Part shown: positions 8,041-17,153 of the stretch, one piece after another
Position numbering within the stretch: the first letter of the stretch is position 1
Layout: each line of letters begins with the position of its first letter
Source: an uncultured Acidimicrobiaceae bacterium
GTDB lineage: Bacteria > Actinomycetota > Acidimicrobiia > Spongiisociales > UBA5794
DNA: 50,089 nucleotides
Reading direction: 5' to 3'
Assembly: GCA_964579415.1 (NCBI GenBank)
Contig: CAZOGW010000005.1
Location: 1 to 50,089, forward strand
Translations under genes and position numbers: made by a program
The notes under the pieces: generated by a model
Seen by the model: the letters and a program-made list of their open reading frames with translations, nothing else
Database searches by the model: none
What the model was told of the DNA's origin: nothing

Positions 8041-9159
8041 ATGAGCAACACACCGGACACCGGGACGCGGTACCGCCGGACCACCCGCAGCATCCTGACC
8101 GCCGTCGCCGCGCTCGCGGTCCTCATGGTGGCCTGCGGCGATACCAGCGACATGCGCAGCGATGCGACTTCGGCCACCACGGCGCTGCCGCCGGCGACGA
8201 CGTCGACCACCGCGCCACCCCCGACGACGTCGACCACGTCGGCTCCACCGTCGACGACCGTGGCCGACAGCAACGCCGTCACGGCGGAAGTCGAGCGTGC
8301 TGATCCGTCGGTCTTCGACTACGACGTCGCCGCCGACCTCAACTATGAGGAGGATCCCGATGCGTTGGACCTGCCGGTGCCCGGCACCGACGTGCACCCC
8401 TTCGTCTACGACAGCCCGCTGGGGGGACAGGTCACCGGACTCGTCGCCCACCCGCCCGAAGGCGAATCCGACACGGCCATCCTTCTCATGCACGGGATAC
8501 CGGAGGGAACCGAGGCCTACATCGAACCGCTGGTGTTCCTCTCCTGCACCGGGGCAACGGTGCTGGCCATCGACGCTCCTTTCGTACGCGCCGGGCGCGA
8601 GAAGTTGCCGTTGACGTTCACCGAGGCCGACCGGGACGAGCAGATCCAGCTCATCGTCGACCTACGCCGCGCCGTCGACGTGCTCGAAGCGATGGGCGCC
8701 GAGAGGATCACGTTCGACGGGACGAGTTGGGGCTCGGCGATCGGTGCCGTGCTCGCCGGCGTGGAGCCCCGTATCGACGGGTATGCCCTCATGTTGGGAG
8801 GGTCCATCGTCGAATTCTTCTTCAGGGACGGGAGGGCGATCTTCCCCCTCAACTCCTACCCGAAGGACGCTATCGAGAAGTGGGTCGACGTGATGAGCCC
8901 CGTCGACCCGACCCAGTTCGTCGGTGACGCCACCACGCCGATCCTGTTCCAGAACGGTCGCAACGACTCGACCGTCACCCCCGAGAGTGCCGCCAGGTTG
9001 CACGAGGCTGCCGGCCCCGATCACGAGGTCCGCTGGTATCCCGACACCCACGACGGGTCGCCGGAGTTGGTGGTCGAGCACATCCACTGGCAGGCCGGCA
9101 TCCTCGGCCTCGAAGCCGATCGGGTGGACGAGTGCATCGCCCCTCTCGTCGGGGGTTGA
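8041..9159 (+). CDS. lipoprotein, alpha/beta-hydrolase (dienelactone-hydrolase-like) fold
   Basis: Signal peptide and lipobox (AVLMVAC-G), a Thr/Pro-rich linker, a nucleophile elbow GTSWGS, and a late Asp/His region (NGRNDS..., DTHDG). An AAGGAG lies upstream of the ATG. Confidence 0.75.
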   Translation: MSNTPDTGTRYRRTTRSILTAVAALAVLMVACGDTSDMRSDATSATTALPPATTSTTAPPPTTSTTSAPPSTTVADSNAVTAEVERADPSVFDYDVAADLNYEEDPDALDLPVPGTDVHPFVYDSPLGGQVTGLVAHPPEGESDTAILLMHGIPEGTEAYIEPLVFLSCTGATVLAIDAPFVRAGREKLPLTFTEADRDEQIQLIVDLRRAVDVLEAMGAERITFDGTSWGSAIGAVLAGVEPRIDGYALMLGGSIVEFFFRDGRAIFPLNSYPKDAIEKWVDVMSPVDPTQFVGDATTPILFQNGRNDSTVTPESAARLHEAAGPDHEVRWYPDTHDGSPELVVEHIHWQAGILGLEADRVDECIAPLVGG

Positions 9160-9273
9160 GGACGGTGGCCGGCGGGGGAAGGCACCTCGTGCGCCCAGGC
9201 TTGATGAGTGCAGTCGGACCGGTTCCAGTGGTATCGAGGTGGATGTCGGGATGCCGGGGCCGGGTGGCTGCGA

Positions 9274-9642
9274 CTACCGGAGCACTACGTGGTCTCGGTG
9301 GATCTTCAGCGGGCGTTCGGCGGGGAACTGCGCAGCAAGTGCGACGTGCTCAGCTGCCCACTTCTCGACCCACTCCCGGTCGTCGGCACTCTCCTTGGAG
9401 ACCCACCCACCCGCTTCGAGGCTGGCGAACAGCAGGTCGGTGTAGGTCGCCTCGTCGATGTCCAGGTCGCGAACGACGAAGCAGGTCGTCGCCCTGTGGG
9501 AGACGAACCCACCCATGGCCCTGTCGCACCCGCACAACTGATCGGAACAAGCGGCGGGAGCGAAGTGGACGAGTTCGCCCGGGACGGTGAAGACGAAGTC
9601 CCCATCGACTCCCAGTGATTCGATGGCGGTGAACAGCTTCAT
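9274..9642 (-). CDS. small conserved hypothetical protein (122 aa); paralog of 33..389
   Basis: Collinear with the 33..389 product over its whole length. G/C-rich third positions. Confidence 0.65.
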   Translation of the reverse strand: MKLFTAIESLGVDGDFVFTVPGELVHFAPAACSDQLCGCDRAMGGFVSHRATTCFVVRDLDIDEATYTDLLFASLEAGGWVSKESADDREWVEKWAAEHVALAAQFPAERPLKIHRDHVVLR

Positions 9643-9852
9643 GTGAGGCCTCCTCGGCTCGGTGTCCGCAACATACGAGCCAGGTGTGACATCCCCAGGC
9701 GCGGACAGGGGTACCGACGACTACTGGGCCTATGCCGTCGAAGCGGCGGTCGCCCTGATCCGCGCCGCCGCCGAGCGCCTCGGCGTCCCCGTCGAGGACG
9801 CCGCCCGCCGCCTGGCAGGCGTGCACGGAATCGACATCGGTTGAGGGCCCGC

Positions 9853-10350
9853 TCAACCCGTCGACAGTTGGTACGAGCCGGGTTCCCACATGCGGGTGGC
9901 GACGCCGATGGTGTTCCACGCGGTGATGACGATCACCAGACCGATCAGAGCAGCCACCTCGTCGTTGGACCAATGGGCGGCTACCGCCTCGTAGGCGTCG
10001 TCGGGGACGTGGGTGGTGGACATGCGGGCCACGGTCTCGACGAAAGAGATGGCGGCTCGCTCCTGGGGGCTGAAGAACGGGGTCTCTGCCCACACCGCGA
10101 CGCCACTGATGCGCTCCTCGGACTCCCCGGCGGCGCGGGCGTCTTTGGTGTGCATGTCGACGCAGTAGGCGCACCCGTTGATCTGCGAGACGCGTGTCTT
10201 CAGGAGGTGTCTGAGGCCGCCGTCGATGCCGGCATCGTCGAGCTGACGGGTCACGGCGTTCTCCAGGTGTGACACCGCCCGCCCCACGCCGGGGGAATGG
10301 GCGTCGAGGTCGAGGCGGACCGGGATGGCGAAGGTCGTATCTGTAGTCAT
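9853..10350 (-). CDS. carboxymuconolactone decarboxylase / AhpD-like family protein
   Basis: The motif RVSQINGCAYCVDMH (a CxxC in AhpD-core context) and a length of about 165 aa. Confidence 0.85.
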   Translation of the reverse strand: MTTDTTFAIPVRLDLDAHSPGVGRAVSHLENAVTRQLDDAGIDGGLRHLLKTRVSQINGCAYCVDMHTKDARAAGESEERISGVAVWAETPFFSPQERAAISFVETVARMSTTHVPDDAYEAVAAHWSNDEVAALIGLVIVITAWNTIGVATRMWEPGSYQLSTG

Positions 10351-10396
10351 TCCGGCAACCTATCCGGTAAGAGGCTCAGGTGTAAGGTCCACATCT

Positions 10397-11788
10397 ATGC
10401 AAGATGAGTGGGCCACTTTCGGTACCGACCTCCACCTGGAGTTGGCGGGCAACCGCCTTCGTTCCGGCCTGGAGCGCGCCCTGCGCGACGGGGTGCGCAC
10501 CGGGCGGCTCCGTCCCGGTACCCGCCTCCCGTCCTCGCGGTCGCTGGCCCGGGACCTCGGCATCGCCCGCAACACGGTCGCCGACGCCTACGTCCAGCTC
10601 GTGGCGGAGGGCTGGCTCACATCCCGTCACGGCTCCGGCACCTTCGTCGCCGACCACCCGACGACCATCGCGCCCGGCCATGTCGCACCCTCGCCCGCCG
10701 TGTCGCCGATGCGCTTCGACTTGCGGCCCGGGAGACCGGATCTCGGCTCCTTCCCCCGCGCCGCCTGGCTCTCCGCCATGCGGGCCGCGGTCCAGGCGGC
10801 GCCCTACGAAGCCTTCGGGTACGGCGACGCTCGAGGGATGCCCCGGCTGCGCCAATCGCTGGCCTCCTACCTGGGACGGGCGCGGGGAGTCGAAGCCGAT
10901 CCCGAACACATCGTGGTCTGCTCCGGGTTCTCCGACGGGCTCGCCCTCCTTTGCGAGGGGCTGGCGGCGCGGGGCGTCACCGTGCTCGCCACCGAGGGTG
11001 TCGGACACACGTTCCACCGCACCATCGTCCGCCGCCACGGCCTGCGCCACGCCTTCCTCCCGGTCGACGACGACGGAGCGGTCGTCGACGACATGGACGG
11101 GGCCGGTGCCGCCCTCCTCACCCCGGCCCACCAGTTCCCCCTCGGCGTCCCCCTCCACCCGGACCGCCGTCGCCGGGTCACCCGCTGGGCGGCGGAGACC
11201 GGCGCCGTCGTCATCGAGGACGACTACGACGGGGAGTTCCGCTACGACCGCCAGGCGGTGGGGGCGATGCAGGCGCTGGCCCCCGACCACGTCGTCTATG
11301 CGGGCACCACATCGAAGAGCCTGGCCCCGGGCCTGCGCCTGGGATGGCTCGTGGTGCCGCCGACGCTCGTCGAGGACCTGCTGGAGGCACGGGCCGCCAC
11401 CGGACGCACCACATCGGCCCTCGACCAACTCGCCCTGGCGGAGATGATCTCCTCGGGTGCCTACGACCGGCACGTGCGCGCCGCCCGCCTCGCCACCCGG
11501 CGCCGCCGCGACCGCCTGGTGGCCACCCTCGCCGAGAAGGCTCCGGCCGTCACCGTCACCGGCATCGCTGCCGGCCACCACGCGGTGATACGTCTCGCCC
11601 CCGGAGACGACGAGGACTCCGCAATGGCCCGCGCCGCGGCCAACGGCGTGGCCGTCGCCGCCCTGAGAGCGTACGCAACCGAGACTGTCGACCTTGGCCC
11701 GTCGGTCGTCGTCGGCTACGCCACGCCCCCAGAACACGCCTACCCGGCCGCCATCAGCCGGCTCGCCGCCGCGCTGGGGAGGTCATAG
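10397..11788 (+). CDS. MocR/PdxR-type regulator (GntR wHTH fused to a fold-type I aminotransferase domain)
   Basis: The N-terminal segment LPSSRSLARDLGIARNTVADAYVQLVAEGWL is a GntR-type HTH. A long PLP-aminotransferase-like body follows (YGDARGMPRLRQ..., YAGTTSKSLAPGLRLGW). The gene is divergent from the CMD gene. I prefer the ATG at 10397 over 10325. Confidence 0.85.
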   Translation: MQDEWATFGTDLHLELAGNRLRSGLERALRDGVRTGRLRPGTRLPSSRSLARDLGIARNTVADAYVQLVAEGWLTSRHGSGTFVADHPTTIAPGHVAPSPAVSPMRFDLRPGRPDLGSFPRAAWLSAMRAAVQAAPYEAFGYGDARGMPRLRQSLASYLGRARGVEADPEHIVVCSGFSDGLALLCEGLAARGVTVLATEGVGHTFHRTIVRRHGLRHAFLPVDDDGAVVDDMDGAGAALLTPAHQFPLGVPLHPDRRRRVTRWAAETGAVVIEDDYDGEFRYDRQAVGAMQALAPDHVVYAGTTSKSLAPGLRLGWLVVPPTLVEDLLEARAATGRTTSALDQLALAEMISSGAYDRHVRAARLATRRRRDRLVATLAEKAPAVTVTGIAAGHHAVIRLAPGDDEDSAMARAAANGVAVAALRAYATETVDLGPSVVVGYATPPEHAYPAAISRLAAALGRS

Positions 11789-11837
11789 GCGATGTGCCGG
11801 TCGCTCCGTATGGCGCAGTTGCGCCGGTTGCCCCGGA

Positions 11838-12431
11838 TCATCCGACCGCGAGCCGGACGATGGGGCGGGTGGCCTTGCGGCGGGCCACCTCGGTGAAGCC
11901 GAGTCCGAGGAACATGCCCAGGCTTCCCGTGTAGTAGTCGCCGGCGGACCATTGCGCCTTGTCGACCGGATACGCCTCGATGAGAGCAGCCCCGCCGGCC
12001 ACGGCGTAGGCAACCGCGGCCGCGGCGAGCCCGGACGCCACGGCCTTGCGGCGGTACCCGACCCGTACCACGAAACAGTTGATCGACCACGGCTCGGCCT
12101 CGTCCACCGGCCGCACCAGCGGGGAGCGGAGGATGGTGGGGAAGTCACCCCGTGGCCCGACCTGGACCCATCCCACCGGCTCCCCGGCGGCATATCCCAC
12201 CAGGCCTGGCGGCGGACCCTCCCCGACGACGTCGGCGAAGCGGTTGCGGTTGTCCCGATCGTCGCCGAAGCCCCCGTCGGGGCGACGCCAGTACATGCAG
12301 AAACAGCGTCGGGCCACGCCGCGCTCGCCCATGACCCGTTCCACGTCGCCGAAGCGGCCCGGGGTGAGCGGCAGGCACTGCATCGGCCCCAACCCGGTCT
12401 CCGCCACGTGCGACCAGTCCCCGGCAGGCAT
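11838..12431 (-). CDS. GNAT family N-acetyltransferase
   Basis: The C-terminal 197 codons of the long 11838..13745 ORF read as a GNAT (VGWVQVGPR..., FVVRVGYRRKAVASGLAAAAVAYA, EAYPVD). The ATG at 12431 is preceded by GAGGAGGG. The upstream part of that ORF is antisense to the ADH gene. Confidence 0.75.
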   Translation of the reverse strand: MPAGDWSHVAETGLGPMQCLPLTPGRFGDVERVMGERGVARRCFCMYWRRPDGGFGDDRDNRNRFADVVGEGPPPGLVGYAAGEPVGWVQVGPRGDFPTILRSPLVRPVDEAEPWSINCFVVRVGYRRKAVASGLAAAAVAYAVAGGAALIEAYPVDKAQWSAGDYYTGSLGMFLGLGFTEVARRKATRPIVRLAVG

Positions 12432-12605
12432 CCGCACCCTCCTCTCGGCGTCCAGGGTACGCCCGTCCACGGACGGCTCACGACCGCCTTCGGGGTGCTC
12501 GATTGCTGAGCGGGACCCGCCGCAGCGGGACCTTCGGCCCTGGCAGCACGGCTGTGCCGTGTCGTAGCTTCGACGACAGCATGCCGAACTCCAGGAGGAA
12601 GCATC

Positions 12606-13652
12606 ATGCGTGCGCTCGTTTACCACGGTCCCGGCAACAAGGCCTGGGAGCAAGTACCCGACCCGACGCTCCAGTCGGACACCGACGCCATCGTCAGGGT
12701 TGACTCCGTCACCATCTGCGGCACCGATCTGCACATCCTCAAGGGGGACGTGCCCGCCGTGACCGACGGCCGCATCCTCGGTCACGAGGCGATCGGCACC
12801 GTCCAGGAGGTCGGTGGCGCGGTCAAGAACGTCAAGGTCGGCGACCGGGTCCTCGTCTCCTGTGTCAGCGCCTGCGGCGCCTGCCGCTACTGCCGCCAGG
12901 GCAGCTACGGCCAGTGCCTCGGCGGTGGCGGGTGGATCCTGGGGCACCGGATCGACGGCACCCAGGCCGAGTACGTGCGGGTTCCCTTCGCCGACACCTC
13001 CACCTACCCGGTCCCGGCCGGCGTTTCCGACGAGCAGATGCTGATGCTGGCCGACATCGTCCCCACCAGCTACGAGGTCGGCGCCCTCAACGGCACCGTG
13101 AGCCCCGGTGACGTGGTCGCCATCGTCGGCGCCGGCCCCATCGGGCTGGCCGCCATCATGACCTCGAAGCTGTTCAGCCCGAGCCACATCGTGGCCATCG
13201 ACCTGGCCGACAGCCGCCTCGACGCCGCCAAGCTGTTCGGCGCCGACGTGGTGGTCAACAGCGGAGTGTCCGACCCGATGGAGGTCATCGCCGACCTCAC
13301 CGGTGGACTCGGCGCCGACGTGACCATGGAGGCGGTAGGCATCCCGGCGACCTTCGAGCTGGCCACCCGGATGGTCCGTCCCGGCGGCCACGTCGCCAAC
13401 ATCGGCGTCCACGGCACCCCGGTGACGCTGCATCTCGAAGACCTGTGGATCAAGAACGTCACGATCACCACGGGGCTGGTGGACACGTACTCGACACCGA
13501 CGCTCATCCGGCTCATCACCGGCGGCCAACTCGACACCACCCGCTTCGTGACCCACCGCTTCGCGCTGGACGAGATGATGGATGCCTACGACGTGTTCGG
13601 CCGGGCAGCCGATACCGGCGCCCTCAAGGTGGTGCTCACCAGGTCCGAGTAG
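12606..13652 (+). CDS. zinc-dependent alcohol dehydrogenase (MDR family)
   Basis: Motifs CGTDLH, GHEAIG, the structural-zinc Cys cluster CVSACGACRYCRQG, and GAGPIGL as the Rossmann motif. The RBS AGGAGGAAG lies upstream. Confidence 0.9.
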   Translation: MRALVYHGPGNKAWEQVPDPTLQSDTDAIVRVDSVTICGTDLHILKGDVPAVTDGRILGHEAIGTVQEVGGAVKNVKVGDRVLVSCVSACGACRYCRQGSYGQCLGGGGWILGHRIDGTQAEYVRVPFADTSTYPVPAGVSDEQMLMLADIVPTSYEVGALNGTVSPGDVVAIVGAGPIGLAAIMTSKLFSPSHIVAIDLADSRLDAAKLFGADVVVNSGVSDPMEVIADLTGGLGADVTMEAVGIPATFELATRMVRPGGHVANIGVHGTPVTLHLEDLWIKNVTITTGLVDTYSTPTLIRLITGGQLDTTRFVTHRFALDEMMDAYDVFGRAADTGALKVVLTRSE

Positions 13653-13709
13653 CGCCGGAGCGAACCCGGGTTTCGTGACTCGCTGAGCCGGGTCGGGAAC
13701 CGGCGGGTC

Positions 13710-13768
13710 GGAAGGACCACTCTCTCTCGGGCCTCCCCGCCGCAAGGTCGGGGAGGCCCGGTCCTTCC
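13710..13768 (+). terminator. compound GC-rich hairpin downstream of the ADH gene
   Basis: Outer stem ggaaggacc/ggtccttcc (13710..13718 with 13760..13768). Inner 11-bp stem gggcctccccg/cggggaggccc (13729..13739 with 13749..13759). Confidence 0.6.
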
Positions 13769-14030
13769 GCGTTGACGCCTGGTGGCAGCCCGACGGACCG
13801 GCTCACCCAGCCGCTACGCGACCGGCAGACAGTGGACGGTCCCAAGGTCCTTCCCGGGTACGGTCCGCTTTCCAGGCCAGGTGGCCGCGTGTAAGGTGCC
13901 GACGGCCGGGCATTGCACGGGGCCCGGTCGTGTGGAGGCATCCGTGTTCACTTCGCCGGTCTCCGGTCTGGACAGAGCCTTCCTCGCCTACCGACGGATT
14001 CGCCGTGCGGGACTGAAAGGGGAGAGTCGC

Positions 14031-15860
14031 GTGTCCAAGCGTAAGAGAGTGGGGTCGCTGTGTATTGCGGTCCTGGTGGCGGGAGCGATGTTCATCGCAC
14101 TTCCGGTCACCGCCCAGACCGATCCGCGCCAGGGGCTGACGCCCGGCACGGACAACACCAACAATACGACGCAGATCGTCCCGAATGCCGATGCCGCCAC
14201 CGCGGCGTTCAATGTCGATCATCTGGCTTGGCGTAGCAAGCCGGTGTGGGCCGTCAGCCCGGGAGCGTTCAACCAGAGCAACATCGGCTCCGACCTGGCC
14301 TTCAAGGACAACTACGCCCTTCTCGGCAACTACCTGGGCTTCGGAGTCATCGACATCTCGGAACCCGATGACCCCACGCTCGTCACCATCGTCAACTGCG
14401 TCGGTGGCCAGGGTGACCTGTCGGTGTATGGCAACCTGCTGTTCCAGTCGGTCGAATCGAAGCGGAGCGACAACACGTGCGCCAGCAGCACCCTGGGGCA
14501 GGGCTGGGCGGGCATCCGCATCTACGACATCACAGACGTCACCAACCCGCAGTACGTCGGCGCGGTGAACACGTGCAGGGGCTCGCACACGCACACCGTG
14601 GTCGAGGACCCCAACGACGACGAGAACGTCTACATCTACGTCTCCGGCACGGCCGCGGTCCGCACCGGCACCGGCCCCTGGCAGATGGGCTGCATCAACA
14701 CCCCCACCGGGAACAACCCGGACCTGTTCCTCGACGCCGACGGCAACCCGGTCCCGACCTCGCGGTTCCAGGTCGAGGTCATCAAGGTGCCGCTGGCGGC
14801 GCCGCAGAACGCGGCCATCGTCAACGAGGCGCGGCTGATGAAGAACCACACCACGAACAACCCGCACGGCCTTTGGGCGGGGGGCAATCACGGCACCGGG
14901 ACCCAGAGCACCACCGCCACCGACGCCTGCCACGACATCACCGCCTACCCGGAGATCGGGCTGGCCGCCGGTGCTTGTGAGGGCAACGGCATCCTCATCG
15001 ACATCTCCGACCCGGCGAACCCGGTGCGGATCGACGAGGTGCTCGACCCCAACTTCGCCTACTGGCACTCCGCCACCTTCAACAACGACGGTACCAAGGT
15101 CGTCTTCACCGACGAGTGGGGCGGCGGCGTCCAGGCACGCTGCCGGCCGCAGGACCCGGTGAACTGGGGCGCCGACGCCATCTTCGACATCGTCCAGACC
15201 GAGGACGGCCCCAAGATGGAGTTCCGCGCCCACTACAAGGTGCCCAACGTCCAGGCCAACAATGAGACCTGCGTCGCCCATAACGGCTCTCTCGTCCCGG
15301 TCCCCGGTCGCGACATCATGGTGCAGGCGTGGTACGAGGGCGGTCTGTCGGTGTGGGACTTCACCGACTCGTCGAACCCGGTGGAGATCGCCTTCTTCGA
15401 CCGTGGCCCGTACCACCCGACGCAGATGCCTGCCGGCGGCTACTGGTCCGTGTACCACTACAACGGCAACATCTACGGCAACGAGATCTTCCTCGGGTTC
15501 GACAGCTTCAAGCTGACCCCGAGCGACTTCCTCTCCGAGGCCGAGATCGCCGCATCCGACGAGGTGGTGTGGGACGAGTTCAACGCCCAGGCGCAGGTGG
15601 CCTTCTCGTGGGGCCCGTCGGCCAACGTGGTCGGCGCCTACCGTGACCAACTGGTCCGCAGCGGTGACATCAGCGACGCCGCGGTGCTGCGGGTGAACGA
15701 GTTCCTCGACGCAGTCGACGCAGCCGGCACCGCTCGCCAGATGCGGGCCGCCGCCAACCTCGGCTACCACGTCGCCAGCCGCCTCGACGCCGACACCCAG
15801 GGAGACCTGATCGACGCCATCACGCTGCTGGCAGACGATCTCGACGCCCAGACCCACTGA
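14031..15860 (+). CDS. secreted LVIVD-repeat (beta-propeller) protein
   Basis: GTG at 14031 preceded by AAAGGGGAGAG. Signal peptide VSKRKRVGSLCIAVLVAGAMFIALPVTAQ. Recurrent LVIVD-like blades: GVIDISEPDDPTLV, IRIYDITDVTNPQYV, ILIDISDPANPVRI, LSVWDFTDSSNPVEI. Confidence 0.75.
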   Translation: MSKRKRVGSLCIAVLVAGAMFIALPVTAQTDPRQGLTPGTDNTNNTTQIVPNADAATAAFNVDHLAWRSKPVWAVSPGAFNQSNIGSDLAFKDNYALLGNYLGFGVIDISEPDDPTLVTIVNCVGGQGDLSVYGNLLFQSVESKRSDNTCASSTLGQGWAGIRIYDITDVTNPQYVGAVNTCRGSHTHTVVEDPNDDENVYIYVSGTAAVRTGTGPWQMGCINTPTGNNPDLFLDADGNPVPTSRFQVEVIKVPLAAPQNAAIVNEARLMKNHTTNNPHGLWAGGNHGTGTQSTTATDACHDITAYPEIGLAAGACEGNGILIDISDPANPVRIDEVLDPNFAYWHSATFNNDGTKVVFTDEWGGGVQARCRPQDPVNWGADAIFDIVQTEDGPKMEFRAHYKVPNVQANNETCVAHNGSLVPVPGRDIMVQAWYEGGLSVWDFTDSSNPVEIAFFDRGPYHPTQMPAGGYWSVYHYNGNIYGNEIFLGFDSFKLTPSDFLSEAEIAASDEVVWDEFNAQAQVAFSWGPSANVVGAYRDQLVRSGDISDAAVLRVNEFLDAVDAAGTARQMRAAANLGYHVASRLDADTQGDLIDAITLLADDLDAQTH

Positions 15861-15898
15861 GCCCGTCAGACCCGTTCTGAGCCGAGCCTACGAACGAC

Positions 15899-15928
15899 GA
15901 GAGGGGCGCCCCGAGGGGCGCCCCTCTC
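15899..15928 (+). terminator. 13-bp perfect hairpin after the LVIVD gene
   Basis: gagaggggcgccc-cgag-gggcgcccctctc. Confidence 0.65.
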
Positions 15929-15971
15929 TGGCGTGGTCCTCAGTCGGCATGCCCCGCGGGTGTAGTCTCCG

Positions 15972-16565
15972 ATGAGTCACGCCCAGGAGGGCAACCCGTT
16001 GCCGGATCTGGTTTCTCGCTACTGGTGGGTGTTGCTGGTCAGGGGGCTGTTCGTCATCGCCTTCGGAATCCTCACGCTGGTCTGGCCCGGCATCACGGTG
16101 TGGGCACTGGTCCTGGTGTTCGCCTTCTACGCCCTCTCCGACGGTGTCCTCGACATAGCCATGGGCATCGGGGGACAAGGCCCCATGGACGAGCGGCTCA
16201 GCGGGGGGCGCCGGGTGTGGGTGATCATCCTTGGCCTGATCGGCATCGCCGCCGGGCTCGTCGCCATCTTCTGGCCGTCCATCACCGCCGTCGCCCTGCT
16301 GTGGGTCATCGCCTTCTGGGCCATCGGCGCCGGGATAGCCCAACTCATCACCGCCTGGCAGCTCCGCTCCGAGCTCCGCAACGAATGGCTGTGGGTGCTG
16401 GCGGGCCTGCTGATGATCGCCCTCGGCGTGATCCTGATGCTGCGGCCCGGGGAGGGTGCGCTGCTGTTGCTCACCTGGATCGGCGTCCTCGCCATTGCCT
16501 GGGGCGTCGCACTGGCCATCCTCTCCTTCCGGCTCAGATCGCAGGCCCGGCCTGTCCCCGCGTAG
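15972..16565 (+). CDS. HdeD-family (DUF308) membrane protein
   Basis: The segment WWVLLVRGLFVIAFGILTLVWPG, followed by six hydrophobic helices with repeated WP.IT / W..G.. patterns. Confidence 0.8.
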   Translation: MSHAQEGNPLPDLVSRYWWVLLVRGLFVIAFGILTLVWPGITVWALVLVFAFYALSDGVLDIAMGIGGQGPMDERLSGGRRVWVIILGLIGIAAGLVAIFWPSITAVALLWVIAFWAIGAGIAQLITAWQLRSELRNEWLWVLAGLLMIALGVILMLRPGEGALLLLTWIGVLAIAWGVALAILSFRLRSQARPVPA

Positions 16566-16605
16566 TCGGCAGGCCCGAACCGTTCCCCACTGCCACCGGG
16601 GATTC

Positions 16606-16626
16606 GTACTGGCTACTGGATACTGT
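16606..16626. repeat. heptanucleotide tandem repeat, locus A (gtactgg ctactgg atactgt)
   Basis: Three heptads. The first 20 nt are identical to the reverse complement of locus B, and 21 of 22 nt match the reverse complement of locus D. Confidence 0.8.
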
Positions 16627-16634
16627 CTCCGCCC

Positions 16635-16661
16635 TGCAACCTATCCATCCTCCCCGGCGTC
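16635..16661 (+). promoter_or_regulatory. candidate ECF-type promoter (TGCAAC-N17-CGTC) upstream of the second sigma gene
   Basis: tGCAACc at 16635..16641 and CGTCC at 16658..16662. This resembles the generic ECF GGAAC-N16/17-CGT pattern. Confidence 0.3.
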
Positions 16662-16673
16662 CCCTCTCGCGAC

Positions 16674-17153
16674 ATGACACAGACGGCAGGGAGACCCATG
16701 GCGAGCCTCGACCGGAGAGGGCTGGAAACCCTCTACCGCACCGAGCTGGCGTACATGGTGCGGCTGGCACATGTCATCACCGGCTCCAACGCCGTCGCCG
16801 AGGAACTGGTGCATGACGCCTTCATCGAGCTGCACAAGCGCTGGAACGGCATCCGCGACCCGCGTGCCTACCTGAAGCGCAGCGTGGTCAACAAGTCCCG
16901 CTCACACCTGCGCCGCCGCGACGTGGAGCGGCGCCACGCCCCCAGCCCGCAGCCGCCGGTACTGCCGCCCGAGATGGACGACACCTGGCACCGTCTCGCC
17001 GCCCTCTCACCGAAGCGTCGCACCGCGGTGGTGCTGCGCTACTACGCCGACCTTCCCATCGACGAGATCGCCACGTTGATGAGCGTCCGCCCCGGCACCG
17101 TGAAATCCCTGCTTCACCGGGGCTTGAAGGATCTGAAGGAGCAGCTCACATGA
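16674..17153 (+). CDS. ECF (sigma-70 family) RNA polymerase sigma factor
   Basis: Sigma2 region (AEELVHDAFIELHKRW...AYLKRSVVN) and sigma4 region (RRTAVVLRYYADLPIDEIATLMSVRPGTVKSLLHRGLKDL). An alternative start is the ATG at 16698, preceded by GGGAGA. Confidence 0.85.
   Translation: MTQTAGRPMASLDRRGLETLYRTELAYMVRLAHVITGSNAVAEELVHDAFIELHKRWNGIRDPRAYLKRSVVNKSRSHLRRRDVERRHAPSPQPPVLPPEMDDTWHRLAALSPKRRTAVVLRYYADLPIDEIATLMSVRPGTVKSLLHRGLKDLKEQLT

Noticed and set aside
7846-8493. An N-terminal extension of 216 codons on the giant ORF, up to the ATG at 8493.
   Set aside because: The extension is Arg/Gly-rich nonsense (RRRWSRRGRRRRGWRGGRRRRRRQRRGG). It runs antisense through the divergent lipoprotein gene. 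The SARP domain begins exactly at the GTG at 7845, which has a GAGGAGG SD.
9662-9844. A 60-aa ORF in the gap between the second small paralog and the CMD gene (MSATYEPG...YWAYAVEAAVALIRAAAERLGVPVEDAARRLAGVHGIDIG).
   Set aside because: Third-position composition is coding-like in its second half. However, it has no SD, no motif and an unconvincing N-terminus. It may be a gene remnant. The evidence is insufficient to call.
12432-13745. The upstream two-thirds of the 635-aa ORF 11838..13745.
   Set aside because: It is antisense to the well-supported alcohol dehydrogenase gene and has no motifs. Only the last 197 codons read as a GNAT with its own SD.
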